Below are positions 37,560-51,082 of a stretch of DNA of 64,000 bases, in pieces; the first letter of the stretch is position 1; every line of letters starts with the position of its first letter. Source of the DNA: Octopus bimaculoides (lineage: Eukaryota). Under the pieces are notes generated by a model. It had not been told where the DNA came from, ran no database searches, and saw only the letters and a list, made by a program, of their open reading frames with translations. The position numbers and the translations under genes are program-made. The DNA is taken from assembly GCF_001194135.2 (NCBI RefSeq), contig NC_068982.1:49286128-49350127 (forward strand), written 5' to 3'.

Positions 37560-38090
37560 TACACCTGTGTAATTCTTGGTTTAGTTGGCCTTCAAAGGGT
37601 TCAAATTCATTGAGGAAAAATCCTTTACTGTTTGTAAACATCTAATGTGGTCTTCAACAAAATTCTGTCTTCTGAATCCTCCTTTTCCTCATATCTCCAA
37701 ATCACACTCAGTGCTACAAAGGTAACAAAGAGGTGAGTCACAGCTGATGCTTCTGTTATGCTTGCATTGTGTTGGCCCATTTACTACAGAGCAAGTTTAT
37801 GAGCTGGTGTGTATCATGCTAATTTTACTTGACACCTCATATCAGCTTTGATGACCAGGCAGACACAACTGTATACTTGGCTTGGTTGATAAACCGCATG
37901 ATAATCCATTCATAGGCCAGGGCATCCTTCAGCTGGTCCTTTGAGGACACACAGAAATGATCTGCAAGGGTATTTTGCCTATTCTTTCATGCCACAAAAA
38001 TGGTTAACTTTTTGCAACTGATGCAAGTAAAAAGGCTATATGAAGAATATTTTCACAAGAAGGCCATTATGTACTGTACTCATCCAGAGT
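37560..38090 (+). mobile_element. Degenerate Ty3/Gypsy RT-RNase H region
   Basis: ATDASKKAI*RIFSQEGHYVLYSSR at about 38014-38090. Confidence 0.6.
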
Positions 38091-38114
38091 AATAAACACA
38101 TATAAACAAGATGC

Positions 38115-38340
38115 ACAAATACTGCTTTCTACTAAAGGCACAGGAGCTGAAATTTGGGGAAAGGAGCTAAACAATTACATCAACCCCAGTGCTTAACTGG
38201 TACTTACTTTACGAATCTTGAAAGGTTGAAAGGCAAAGTCGCCCTCCGTGAAATTTGAACTCAGAACATAGAGATGGACAAAATTCGACTAAGCATTTTT
38301 TGTTCAGTTGTTAATGATTCTTTTAGCTTGTTGCCTTAAG
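38115..38340 (-). mobile_element. SINE family A
   Basis: aaccccagtgcttaactggtactt..gaaaggcaaagtcg..atttgaactcag. Confidence 0.8.
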
Positions 38341-38488
38341 TTGCCCAATTTTGAAACAAAAGCTTTGGCAACTTTGAGATATCTCAAAGAGCATGGCATT
38401 TTATGCTTCTCAGAGAATTTAAATCTGTCCTACATCACAAACCACTAAAATTTATTTTTATCAACTATTGTAGTTTACTGAATGTAAA

Positions 38489-38804
38489 GGCATGTGCTTA
38501 GTGGTTAGAGCATTCAGCTCATGATCATAAGGTCATGAGTTCAATTCCCAGTGACGTCTGTCCTCAAGCAAGACACTTTATTCCATTTTACCCCAGTCCA
38601 GTCAGCTGGCAAAAATGAGTTGTACCTATAATTTAAAAGGGCGAGCCTTGTCACATTCTGTGTCATGCAGAATCTCCATGAAAACTACATTAAAGGTATG
38701 CTTGTCTGTGGAGTGATCAGCCACTTGCATGTTAATTTTACAAGCAGGCTGTTCCTTGATTAGATCAACTGGAACCCTTATCCTCATAACCTATGGTGTG
38801 CCAG
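38489..38804 (+). mobile_element. SINE family F
   Basis: Homologous to 28729-29097. Confidence 0.8.
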
Positions 38805-39149
38805 TGAGTGAAGTGAAGTTTACTGAAAGTGACATTTGCACATATTTGAAGCATTTGATAATGAAGTATATTATGTGAAGGAATTTGGAGCATTAAATGT
38901 TGCTACATTATCATTACAGAAATTTACTTAAAATGTTGGTTTGGATTAATGCCCTCATAATGATTATTCTTTTATCTACCTTGTTGAAAAGAGGTTATAA
39001 AACCTTAACATATAAAGTCGGAGACTACCAATGATTTTTTTTTTTTTAGTATATTTAAAAAGAATTTTATGAATAATACTAATTGTTTTTTTTTAGAAAT
39101 GATCTAAGATAAATCTCACAGAGATTTATAATTAGTGTTATGATAAAGC

Positions 39150-39353
39150 AGTTGTTTACTGTCAACTTAATGTGACAGACTCATTAAGGGAATCATACTG
39201 CTGCTATTTTCCCTAGGAAGCTAGACCACTTCCTGTATAAGGACACAGGAAATGTGTCAAGGCCAACAGGAAGCGGTCTAGCTTCCTAGGGCTAAATAGC
39301 AGCAGTGTGATTCCCTTAACAGGTCTGTCACATTAAGTTGACAGTAAACAACT
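39150..39353. repeat. Long fold-back inverted repeat (about 87-bp arms, 29-nt spacer), MITE-like
   Basis: agttgtttactgtcaacttaatgtgacagac.. / ..gtctgtcacattaagttgacagtaaacaact. Confidence 0.9.
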
Positions 39354-39419
39354 ACTAATTGTTTTGTTGTATGTATTTTAAGTAACTTCAAAAAGTTAAC
39401 TGTATCTTGTGTAAATGAG

Positions 39420-40030
39420 AAGCGATTGTTTCACAGATCTGTTTGAGAAAAATCAATTCTCAATTGCAAGAGGTGCAGTTAATTTAGAAAACATTAATGA
39501 TAAAGTGTGTGTATTATGATGATGTACAGTGTGACACAATTGTGAGAAATCTGTTGAAATTGCAAACATGGTGGACAGGCTATTGTAAAGATATTGAATG
39601 ACATGTAAGATATCTGACATGTACAAAAATTAAACCAGAATTGCATTGCACAGGGCACCCATGACTGAAAGGAATTAAAGCATGGTTATGTATAGATATT
39701 GACTCAGCTTATTTTAAGAATTTAGAAGGATTCCTGATGTTGATACATACTTTTGGTGGCCAGAACTAATAATGTTTTAGAATAATGTAGAAACAGTTAA
39801 GCAAGTAAGTGGTATGCATGCCAAAAATGGTGTTTCAGGAACATTATGTATGACTATTCTTGAGAATGTTATGGTAATGTCCTGAGAATTTTGTGATAAT
39901 GGCTTGTGTGTGTGGCTTGATCTGATCAAAGGAACATTTATGAAAATGTTCCCCTATCATCTAGAATCAAATGGAATTGCTGAACTAATGGTAATAAGTG
40001 TTAATATAGGTTTAAAAGCCCAGTAATCAA
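39420..40030 (+). mobile_element. Degenerate Ty3/Gypsy integrase
   Basis: YDDVQCDTIVRNLLKLQTWWTGYCKDIE*HVR and PYHLESNGIAELMV. Confidence 0.7.
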
Positions 40031-40409
40031 ATAATGTTTCTATTAATGCACATCTGAACTGCAATGCTATTGTGTTGTTGAAACATTCCTCACTTAATGG
40101 ATAGAAAAATACAACCACCAATAACAATGTCTTAAGAAACTGTAGATTCAATTTCATTTTGACAATGAAGAAATGGTGAACTATAAAATGCTAGATTTAT
40201 ATCTCAAGTATAAAATAATATAGCAGTGATTCTTAGGGAGAACAGCATATAATCACTCATAAAGATCAAGTAAATGATGACAGATATTGATAGTGATCAA
40301 AAAGCAGAATCAATCCTTCAAGCTTTGAATGACATTCCAGACTCTAATAATAAAGACTGTGATTTAACAGCTCATACAGAAACAACCATTGCAATGTGTA
40401 AGGGTAAAA

Positions 40410-40748
40410 TGTAAAGACCCCCATCAATCATGAATGACCATGGGATTGCACCTAGAAAGTTCCCCTCCAAGGCACAAGTCTGGGCAAGGTTGTTTATGGA
40501 AGACAAGTAGTCACCCATGTATACCAGCCTCCTCTCTCCATGCCACTGACATTGTCCAAGGGAAAGGCAAAGGTCAATAAAGCTTGGCACCAGTGACATC
40601 ACAACTCATTTCTACAGCTGAGTGAATTGGAGCAATGTGAAATAAAGTGTTTTGCACAAAAACACTATACACAGCCTGGTCCAGGAACTGAACTCATTAC
40701 TTCATGATTGTGAGCCCAACACTCTGACCACTGAGCCATACGCCTTTA
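40410..40748 (-). mobile_element. SINE family E
   Basis: Reverse complement of 17338-17668. Confidence 0.85.
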
Positions 40749-40859
40749 CAAGCGTAAGATGATGCCTTCATGTGTGTAAGATATGATGTCTTAAGTATGC
40801 TAATACTGTTTTAGCGATTGCATGCATTTTACATTCCAACTATGGATTTTTAAATTCTG

Positions 40860-42095
40860 TATGAAAGCTTGGCTATTCAATTGAATAGACTTTTGAATTC
40901 AAAAGAGCATGCGAGAACTAGGGTTTGAATAAATACAGTATGATATGGGGTGGTATAAAAAATAAAATAATCTATCTGGATTAAGTATGTTTAGAAGTAA
41001 ATTCTGAGGGCGAATTGAACCAAGACTATACTGGATCGATCATTTTGGAAATATTCTGTTTCAAAGAAAGGCATTTCTCCAGAATGATGTTTGGTCCAGG
41101 AAATATTAAATGTTCCATACCCCAACGTCTGAAAGAATTAATCTGAGTCCTTTTTAGGATTGATGGAGTTTTTATGGTCAATAAACATTTGTGCTGTTCA
41201 CCACCATATGGCAGTGAGCTGATGGAATCATTAGCATGTCAGGTAAAATGCTTAGCAGAATTTCATTTATCCTTATGTCCTGAGTTCAAATTCTCCTGAG
41301 GCCAGCTTTTCCTTTCATTCTTTTGGGATCAATAAAATAAGAACCAGTTGTGCACTGGGATCGATGTAATTGACTTCTGGGAGAATAAAAACTGTATCTC
41401 TCTGCCAAACCATGTTGAGCCAGTGGGGCAAAATAGATTCATGAAACCAGTATGATCTTCAGCTCAAATTTACAGCCTCCACATCAGACCTTAGCTGGGG
41501 GGAGAAAAGAGGCTGAGGCCTTTGTCCTGCAGTGGACTGAACATAGGCAATACAGCCCAATCCAAGTATTTGCCCAAATATTTTGAAAATGACAAACTAT
41601 AAAGGTATGCTTGTCTGTGGAGTGATCAGCCACTTGCATGTTAATTTTACAAGCAGGCTGTAAAGAAAGGCACTGAATTGGTTAGACAAATGTTCAAGCA
41701 ATGGCTTTCAGTTATTTGAAAATTGTTCCTACCAAGAGAGATTGTGAGTATAATTGCTTTCATCAAGGATGTCATGCTGAGGATTGATGCTAATGAGTAA
41801 TCTCTATTTGTGATTTTATTGCAAGATAACCATCCATTTCTATATATATCAAGAAGATTAACTGCTGCTGAATCTAATTATTCAGGTATTGGGCCAAAGG
41901 ATTTAACTGTTGTGGGAACTACAAACTGTGTCTGTCAGTTTTTAATTGATAGAAAATGTCTGCTGACGAAGTCACAGACCTCACAAATTCATCTTTAATC
42001 CATACAAAGAAATCCCAATGTGAAGTCTTTGAGAACCTTGATGTCATACATAAAGCTGCCAGCATTCAATTTTGATATTACTCTTTTAGATTGCA
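40860..42095 (+). mobile_element. Second degenerate Ty3/Gypsy RT C-terminus and RNase H, interrupted by insertions
   Basis: SVSKKGISPE..SFLGL (about 41055-41170) and DAN..ILLQDNHPFLYISRRLTAAESNYSGI..FNPYKEIP..FNFDI (about 41790-42085). Confidence 0.75.
41213..41375 (+). mobile_element. SINE family A inserted in the Gypsy remnant
   Basis: ggcagtgagctgatggaatc..ctgagttcaaattc. Confidence 0.8.
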
Positions 42096-42184
42096 GCAGC
42101 AGAGTACTTGTTTGGATAATAATGTGTTACATCTGGATAGCTTATCTCCAGAAACATTAATGGGGTCTCAAATTCATGCAGCTA

Positions 42185-42303
42185 TCTTCTTCTTCTTCTT
42201 CTTCTTCTTCTTCTTCTTCTTCTTCTTCTTCTTCTTCTTCTTCTTCTTCTTCTTCTCCTTCTTCTTCTTCTTCTTCTTCTTCTTCTTCTTCTTCTTCTTC
42301 TTC
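42185..42303. repeat. (TTC)n microsatellite abutting a gap
   Basis: Direct inspection. Confidence 0.95.
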
Positions 42304-43985
42304 NNNNNNNNNNNNNNNNNNNNNNNNNNNNNNNNNNNNNNNNNNNNNNNNNNNNNNNNNNNNNNNNNNNNNNNNNNNNNNNNNNNNNNNNNNNNNNNNN
42401 NNNNNNNNNNNNNNNNNNNNNNNNNNNNNNNNNNNNNNNNNNNNNNNNNNNNNNNNNNNNNNNNNNNNNNNNNNNNNNNNNNNNNNNNNNNNNNNNNNNN
42501 NNNNNNNNNNNNNNNNNNNNNNNNNNNNNNNNNNNNNNNNNNNNNNNNNNNNNNNNNNNNNNNNNNNNNNNNNNNNNNNNNNNNNNNNNNNNNNNNNNNN
42601 NNNNNNNNNNNNNNNNNNNNNNNNNNNNNNNNNNNNNNNNNNNNNNNNNNNNNNNNNNNNNNNNNNNNNNNNNNNNNNNNNNNNNNNNNNNNNNNNNNNN
42701 NNNNNNNCTCTTTCTCTTTTTACTCTCTCTCTCTCTCATAGCTCACACATGACCATCGCCCATCTTTCTTTTCCTGCATGGACGTTCAAAAGAGCAGACG
42801 TTTTTTTCTTTCTTCTATCTTTTCTCTTTTCAAAAAAATATTTCTCAGTGTTCAATATTTTCCTCTCGTTCTGGTCTAACAACCCTCTATGTTTGTTTCC
42901 ATTCAGTTTCCTTGTATGTCTCCACTGTCATGTTTTTATCCCCAACTTTGATCTTCCACAAATCCTAAATTTTATTTTAGAATTTATGGCAACAACTGTC
43001 TTTGAAGACTCATATTGTTGTTGAATGTTCGAAATGAGGAGTTAATAGACAGCCGGCAACTGATGAAGAGTCATTTCTCTGTTTACTTGTCCTGTTTTCC
43101 ATTTTTTTCATTGTTTATATATTTATCTCGTTTGTTTACGTATTTCATGCTATTTGAACCGTTATTGACATCCTGTATCCATATATACATGTATATATAC
43201 ATGTGTGTATGTGTGTGTATACTATATATATTATTTACTATTTATTATTTGATTGGACGCCATGCATCCAAGTAAGTTTATACACACACACAAACACATA
43301 TACACTCATACACACGCATGCATGCATACACACACACACACATACACACACACACACACACACATACACACACACATATATATATATATAATACTGTTTT
43401 GTCAAAATGGCTCTCTGAAGGGAATTATTACCTGAAATATCTTACTTTGGAGGATCAATTACTTCTTAAAAACAAATTCTAAATGATTTTGAAATATGAA
43501 GGATTCACTGGATATTTCTCTTGCAATACTCTATTTATATACAGCATTTTATTTGGTCAGAATAATAAGTACATTTATTGAACTCTGTGGAAACTTTTTA
43601 TAAACCCGTTTTCTTACACATGCATTAAATACGTACGAGCATGAATGATTGCTAAAAAAATAAAACAATATGATTTTTGTTGGGATAAAACAACTAATTT
43701 AGCACTGAAGATTTTATTTTGCTTTATTTTTCTTATTGTCTAACCTTAACATTTGTTCAAAAATGTTCTCAAACTGTCTCACTGAAACATAACAGCCAAT
43801 TATTTCATTATTTACCCTAAAAAGAACAGATGATATTTTTCTTTATTTTGATTTTAAGTTACATTCTGCTATATTTTATAGTTTAAAATTATAACAATTT
43901 TATTTCCTCAATTTCTGATAAGGCAGAATAAAAAAAAAACAATACCCATTAGTTCTCTTTGAAGTAGGTGTCTAAAACTTAGAAA

Positions 43986-44025
<40 letters not shown>

Positions 44026-44192
44026 GATGTAGGTACAGATGTACATATATGCATGGATATATGCATATATTTATATATTATTCATATTGTTATATAACTT
44101 ATATCTGTGTGTGTGTGTGTACACATATGTATATATATATATGTGTGTGTGAGTATGTGTGTAAAATACATACATACATATATATGCATGCA

Positions 44193-44233
<41 letters not shown>

Positions 44234-44914
44234 TCATAAATATAAGGGATTAGCAATTGAGTTGCTTCTCCAACATACTGAAAATTTAGAAATAGCAGTC
44301 AAAGAACTACTAATTCTAAACTACAAATTTTTCTCTAAAACGGATGGCGATATTTATGGCACACATAGAACAAATTTGTTAATTGTTAATTCTATTATTA
44401 ATTGACGATTCCCTGCCCTCATTTCTTATATATATATATATATATAAAGACGACACATATTGAAACTTCTGTCCAGGTTTCATGAAGACAACTACCTCTA
44501 CTCTGTAACTTTGAATTTTATTGCACATTACTACACTTTGATCTTAGCCTAAATATCCATCAAGCTGTCTCTGTCTCTGTCTGTCTTATACACACACATG
44601 CACACGCACACACATACACACACACCATGCACATCCTAGGTTTTATAAAAGGTACACCATACTTTTGCTTGTAGAGAGCATCTAAATTGTTTGGTGTCAG
44701 GAAAGGTATCTGGCTATAAAAACACGACCAGCACATTTTTATCACAGTATTTCTATCTAGTTTATTTTTGAAGACTAATTACATTCATACATCCTTACAG
44801 CAAATTATATATTTAATATAAATGTTTAAAGCATAGTAAAATAAGAGATAAATTACTTTTCTGGATATGTCATATGTGTCCATGAGAATTAATATTCGCA
44901 GAACATCCAAGAAA

Positions 44915-45045
44915 TTCACTCACAAGGCTTTAGGCAGTCTGAGACTTTAGATGAAGACATTTGCCCAAGGTACCATGCAGAGGGACTGAACCCAAGGTCA
45001 GATGGTTGGGAAACCAGCTTCTTAATCACATAGCCACACCTGTAT
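44915..45045 (-). mobile_element. SINE B head module
   Basis: cactcacaaggcttt..gaagacatttgcccaagg. Confidence 0.75.
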
Positions 45046-45163
45046 ATTAATCAAATAAATCTGTGTATATAGTGCTTTGCTAAAGCCCAACTGTTATGTA
45101 GTTACTGTTAGTTAATAAATACATCCTTGCTTCTTTTCTATACAATTGTCATATGACCTAGCC

Positions 45164-45349
45164 CAGAACTCTGCAACCTTTTTCACTTGCGGTACATATA
45201 TATTCTTCTCAAAATATGGCTGCACACCTGACCTAAAAATATAACTAAAAGCATAGGGAAAAAAAATTATATCCAGGCTATACTGCAGTACACCTAGCAT
45301 CGTCATGTAGCACACCAGTATGCCATGGCATACTGGTTGCAGAGCCATT
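45164..45349. mobile_element. hAT (Charlie-like) MITE
   Basis: ctctgcaacc / ggttgcagag TIR core; subterminal tgccatggcatactgg. Confidence 0.55.
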
Positions 45350-46974
45350 AAGATGCAGACTTGTGCCCCACTCCAAAAAATTTAGAAATTATTAAAGGCT
45401 AGTGGGGCCCATGGAAATTCCACAGAATGAAAAAGATTAAGTGACATTAAGAAAGAGAGGAAGATTTGCATTTATGCTTTTATTTTGTTAAGTTATTTCA
45501 CTCCCAGTCACAATAATATATTACATGATTTTAAAATTTCCCTTTGTTAAGCACTTTATATTTCTCTCTTTCTTTTTACCTCTCATGTCCACTCATCACA
45601 TGAGTAGCAGCATAATGCACCAGCTGGCTATCTGTCCTCTCAATCAGTCTCACATTCCCTCTTCCTCTCTCTCACTCCACCTCCTCATCTTCCTCATCCT
45701 CGCTAACAAACTAAATAGTAAAGTGTGAACAAACAGGTAGAAGAATAATATTACAGATTTAGTTCAATAAAAAGAAATACTTTTCACTATCAACACACTA
45801 CCATCACCATCATAATCACCACTATAGTCTTCAGTAACAAAAGCTCATTTTATTTCAGTTCGGCTGTTTGTTTTTATCTACTTATTCTTACTGTCACTGT
45901 GTCTCTATTCTGACAATACGAATGCTCTCTGTCTCTCTATCTCTCAACATAATTTCCTCCCTTGTTCATATCTCTCTGTCTACCTTTCTTTAATCTCACC
46001 ACCAGAACATCAACATCACTCTCTGCTAAATATTGTATCCTAAACATATCACTTTTTCTTTACTTTTCCCTCCCCACCCTACCACACATCGTTAATACTT
46101 CTTTCACCCTCATTCTCTCTCTCTCTTTCTCTCACTGTCTTTTTCTGTTGCTCTTCACCTCTCCCTTCTACTAACCATGTGATGTATATGACCTTAGTAT
46201 ATCATTATACTCCTCTCTTCTATCTTTTCTACTCACATTCCTCCCCACCTCTCTCTCTCACTTTTACTCCACCTCACACTCACTCCCCCTCCATCTCTCT
46301 AACTAAACAAAGCATAAAGGCGAATGAACAAGCAGATAATTATATAGATATTTCAAGCTGTATATTATTATATTTTGTCATTTATATTTATTATTCTTTA
46401 TATAGAAGTAATGTTTGTCACCATTTCAACAAGACTGTCTGTAGAAACTGATGCTACTACCATTTTTAACTCCAAGAGGAAGCTTCCTCTTGATGGTTAT
46501 TGATGCAATCCGCACCTGATATATATTGCAAGCAGGGGAGTGAACCCCTACCATCTTCCAGTGATCTGATAGGACCAGCAGACCATCTGGTTTGGGTTTT
46601 TTATTTTGCCCATCTTCAGTGCTGAACACCTGTCCATTAGAGATAGCAGTAGTTCATTCCAACTCACAATATATAGAAAAAAAGGAGATAATCAGTCACT
46701 GATCTTACAACAAACAAAATAGATAGTTAGAAAATCTCTATAAGAGATGAAAGTAGCAACTATACTGAGAATATTAACTCATGTATTGGAGATTTTATTA
46801 AGATTATATTTTTGACATTAACAAACTTCTTTATAAATCAGAGTATGCTATTAACTTCAAAAGTTAATATCCAATTTCTGTTTGTACAGCAAAACACCTA
46901 TTATTATCCCTATGTAATTTTAATCTCTCATCAACTGGCACAGAGTCACTCCCTCAATATTACTTCCCACTTCC

Positions 46975-47083
46975 AGTTGAGGCGTTTTTTACTTGCAAGT
47001 TACTTGGTGGCCCTGTTGATGATGATGCCACATAAAGAGTATCAGTGAGTAGATTTCATAGACAGAAACTGAAAGAAGCCCAT

Positions 47084-47128
<45 letters not shown>

Positions 47129-47340
47129 GTCTGTATTTGTTCCCCCACCATCGCTTGACAACCGATGCTGGTGTGTGTATGTCCCTGTGATTTAGCAGTT
47201 TGGCAAAAGAGACCAATATAATATAAGTACAAAGTACAAAGAATAAGTCCTGGGGTCGATTTCTTCAGCTAAAACCTTTTAAGGCGGTGCTCCAGCATGA
47301 CTGCGGTCAAATGACTGAAACAAGTAAAAAGATAAAAGAA
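46975..47340 (+). mobile_element. SINE B (partial) + (TG)n + C
   Basis: gaaactgaaagaagcccatc(tg)n..ccaccatcgcttgacaaccgatgctgg. Confidence 0.85.
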
Positions 47341-47599
47341 TATATATTTCTAAAAATTATAGTCAGTGTATGTTGAGAACATAATTTAGTTAATGTACAG
47401 CTAGAATGCTGAATGAAATAGAAATTTTACTGATTAATGTGTTACAAACTATGGTTACTCTATGACAGATGTACATGTTACTCTCTACCCACCAGAATTA
47501 ATATATAACATGATAGAACCATCTATAAGCCAATGTGAAATGAATATTGTGTGACAACAATAGTGAGCTGGAGGTGAAATATATCATTTCCATGTTTGC

Positions 47600-47800
47600 A
47601 GATCAAAGGGAATGAGTTGTCATGACAAGTTCAATGCATCTGAACTGCCTGTAGGTTCACAAGGTTAGCTGAACTTTTATATGATGTAAACTGCCAGCAG
47701 TCACAGGGTCAACTGAAGTTTTTACATGGGCATGATCTAAAGTTTAACATTATCCATGAAGAATATTCTTAAGGCACTTTATGATAACATGGAGAAGGGG
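47600..47800 (+). mobile_element. Possible degenerate RTE-type RT fragment
   Basis: FNIIHEEYS*GTL**H weakly resembles the RTE FNIFLEKIM.ETL.DH motif. Confidence 0.3.
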
Positions 47801-48655
47801 GAAGAGGTGAAATGCATAGGGTTTTCTTGAATGCAGACCAAAAGTAATGTGGTGTCAAAGCGGGCTGTTTATTTATTTCAATGGTTAAAAATTACAGGCT
47901 CTTCGTTTCTCAGAATTATAGCTATGAAAAAAAAAAAAACATTTTAATAGGCAGGGATGCAGACATTTAAAATTACACTATTTTTTTTTGTGTGTGTGTG
48001 TGTGACCACCACGTTGCAATGACATGAAATTTTGCACAAAGGTAGAGAAAAATACGAATAACAACCACACAAACTCGTCAAGCATGAAAAGTGTACATTA
48101 AATGAGTTATCATACTTATGATATTTCATAATTATGTCTGTCACCCTCTTGAGTCCAAAATTGGAAACTAGGACAATGGCGTGCGTATTAGACTGCTTTT
48201 TTGTTGTGAAGGAAAGTGACATACAGAATGTCGAAACAAATCTGATTTCAGAATAAATAGGATTGTGAACTTAAATTAACATACTATTAGAGGGTCTTTT
48301 TCTTGGTTTTTACTTGAAATATGTTCACTTACTGAGGCACATTTGCAAGTCATTTAAATTGAATGGGAAAGAGGGAGGGGAGTTATGAAGGGTAAATTTT
48401 GTCTGACCTCCGAAGCATGTCAAATGTTAAGAAATACATGTAGTAATCTTTAAAGTAATAATGATGATCATGATGATAATAATAACAATAAATAACAATA
48501 ATACTTGTAATATTAACAAGACCAAAGAAACTCATCGTTTTTCTCTCATCTCCCTTATCCCTGTCTTACACTTTAAATCTTCGGATTTTTTTAAAGATAT
48601 GCTAGGCTACTGGTTTTAATTGATTAATATCAATTTCTACCCTCATTATTAAATT

Positions 48656-48709
<54 letters not shown>

Positions 48710-49769
48710 AGAGGAAGAAAAAAAAAATTGACGTACAGACGTTAGGTGTGCATGTGTTTTCTTGCATTCAAGAAAACACACACAACTGAGTTTGTCATAA
48801 GTTAGCCTACATGTGGAAATGTAACTTACTTTTGGAAATTCTCCCTAAAGAAATACCCAATTGACTGGTTTCAAATATGGGAATTTGAAATTCTGTAATT
48901 AAATTGATTGGGTGTGGAAACAGCTGTAGGCAGGAATTTCTCTACATGAATTCGAATGTCTTTGAATAAATTATGTCAAATTTTTCTATTTTCTTCCTTT
49001 TTACATTCATAAAGTTTTTTAAATACAAATATGGTTCAATGATAAACTAATACTAATATACTTGGTTTTCACTTAACACTGGCATATACCGGAGAACTAG
49101 GGTGCTTGCATCCCTTAAGGGAATTCAGTTCCTTGACTAAATAAAATTATATATATGTATATATATATATATATATATATNNNNNNNNNNNNNNNNNNNN
49201 NNNNNNNNNNNNNNNNNNNNNNNNNNNNNNNNNNNNNNNNNNNNNNNNNNNNNNNNNNNNNNNNNNNNNNNNNNNNNNNNNNNNNNNNNNNNNNNNNNNN
49301 NNNNNNNNNNNNNNNNNNNNNNNNNNNNNNNNNNNNNNNNNNNNNNNNNNNNNNNNNNNNNNNNNNNNNNNNNNNNNNNNNTATATATAAGGATCACATC
49401 ATTTGTTTCTGCACTGCACACCTGTTTTAAGTTGCTCAGTTTAAATTCAAAAACCATTATAGAAGCACATTCTTTATAATTATTAAACAGTTGAATGCAG
49501 CTCAGAAACACCCATGAGTAGGTCCTCCATCAGGGCAGAATATGATTAATTCCTGTTGGATTCTTCTCATGCTATATTATCTTTGTATTGATCTTATACA
49601 AAGAGGAGTCCAACATGTGTATCTAGCCCTGGAATTAACCCTACTGTAGGCTATCCTACAGTAGGATAACCCTACTGTAGGTTATCATGTGGTAGCCAAA
49701 TAATGACATGAGAGCTTTTATATGCATGTTAGGTTCTCACTCATATATATATATATATATATACACTCA

Positions 49770-50154
49770 TTTACTCTTTTATTTGTTTCAGTCATTTGAC
49801 TGTGGCCATGCTGGAGCACTGCCTTTACTTAAGCAAATCGACCCCAGGACTTATTCTTTGTAAACCTAGTACTTATTCTATCGGTCTGTTTTGCCGAACC
49901 GCTAAGTTACGGGGATGTAAACACACCACCATTGGTTGTCAAGCGATGTTGGGGGGGACAAACATATACACACACATACATATACATATATACGATGGGC
50001 TTCTTTCAGTTTCCATCTACCAAATCCACTCACAAGGCTTTGGTCAGCTCGAGGCTATAGTAGAAGACACTTGCCCAAGGTGCCACGCAGTGGGACTGTA
50101 CCCAGAACCCTGTGGTTGGTAAGCAAGCTACTTACCACACAGCCACTCCTGCGC

Positions 50155-50158
<4 letters not shown>
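49770..50158 (-). mobile_element. Young full-length SINE B+C
   Basis: Near-identical to 22262-22677. Confidence 0.9.
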
Positions 50159-50185
<27 letters not shown>

Positions 50186-50320
50186 CCATGTATGTATGTA
50201 AAATGATATAAGGTTGTTATAAACACTAATTTTAGAGAGAAATGAAATAGACCCACTCAAAGGATTCAATTTCTTGATGAGTCATAGTGTTACTGATTAA
50301 ACAGCCTGGTAACACCTCTT

Positions 50321-50355
<35 letters not shown>

Positions 50356-50811
50356 TTAATAAGTTACATATTTATGTATATTCATGAACACACACACACA
50401 CACACATTTTGGTATGTATGTATGCTTCTTGATGCATTTTTGTCTATATAATGAATCATCTAGTAGGGCAGGTTAAACTCCATATGTATTGTGTATGACC
50501 AATGTCAAATGCCCAACATAAGGTAGCTCAGTTTGATTCAATGTTTACAAAAGCAAATAACATCATGATCAAATGCCCCCAACTGACATTAGATATTATA
50601 AGCACCAATTTGAGACAAGAAAAAAAGAAATGGGTTCCCTAATGCTATACATACGACCAATTATCTGACACAGGTGGTGAAGAAAAAACAGGAAAATGCT
50701 TATGCTTCGTATTCAAGAGAAAAAGATTAACAAGTAGTGCTAATTAGTAGCACTGTTATCTAGTAGGCAATGGATATATGATTTACAGTCAGTCAATGTA
50801 CTTTTCCTCTC

Positions 50812-51080
50812 TTAACCCCTTACAGACGGATTAGTACTGACAGTCTGTGCTGTGCATCAGTATTAGGCTGTTCAATATCTACAGAATTTATCATACAAGG
50901 AATTTTACTGTGTATTTGCAGTTTCATCTCAGTGTGGTGTACTTCAAAACATAATGCTGCACAGAGTGAGACATTGCACTGCTCACACATACAGTGTTTT
51001 GATGCGGTCAGTATCACTTCCCATCTGCAAGGGATTAAATCAATGCTTATAAGGCATTATGTGTGTATCACTAATACACA
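50812..51080 (-). mobile_element. piggyBac-like 3' end with Cys-rich C-terminal domain remnant
   Basis: CEQCNVSLCAALCFEVHHT; TTAA at 50812-50815 directly abuts a CCC-start terminus. Confidence 0.7.
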
Positions 51081-51082
51081 CA

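Noticed and set aside
43030-43090. Canonical CTGATGA (43060) near CGAAA (43030) as a hammerhead
   Set aside because: No downstream GAAA and no convincing stems in either topology
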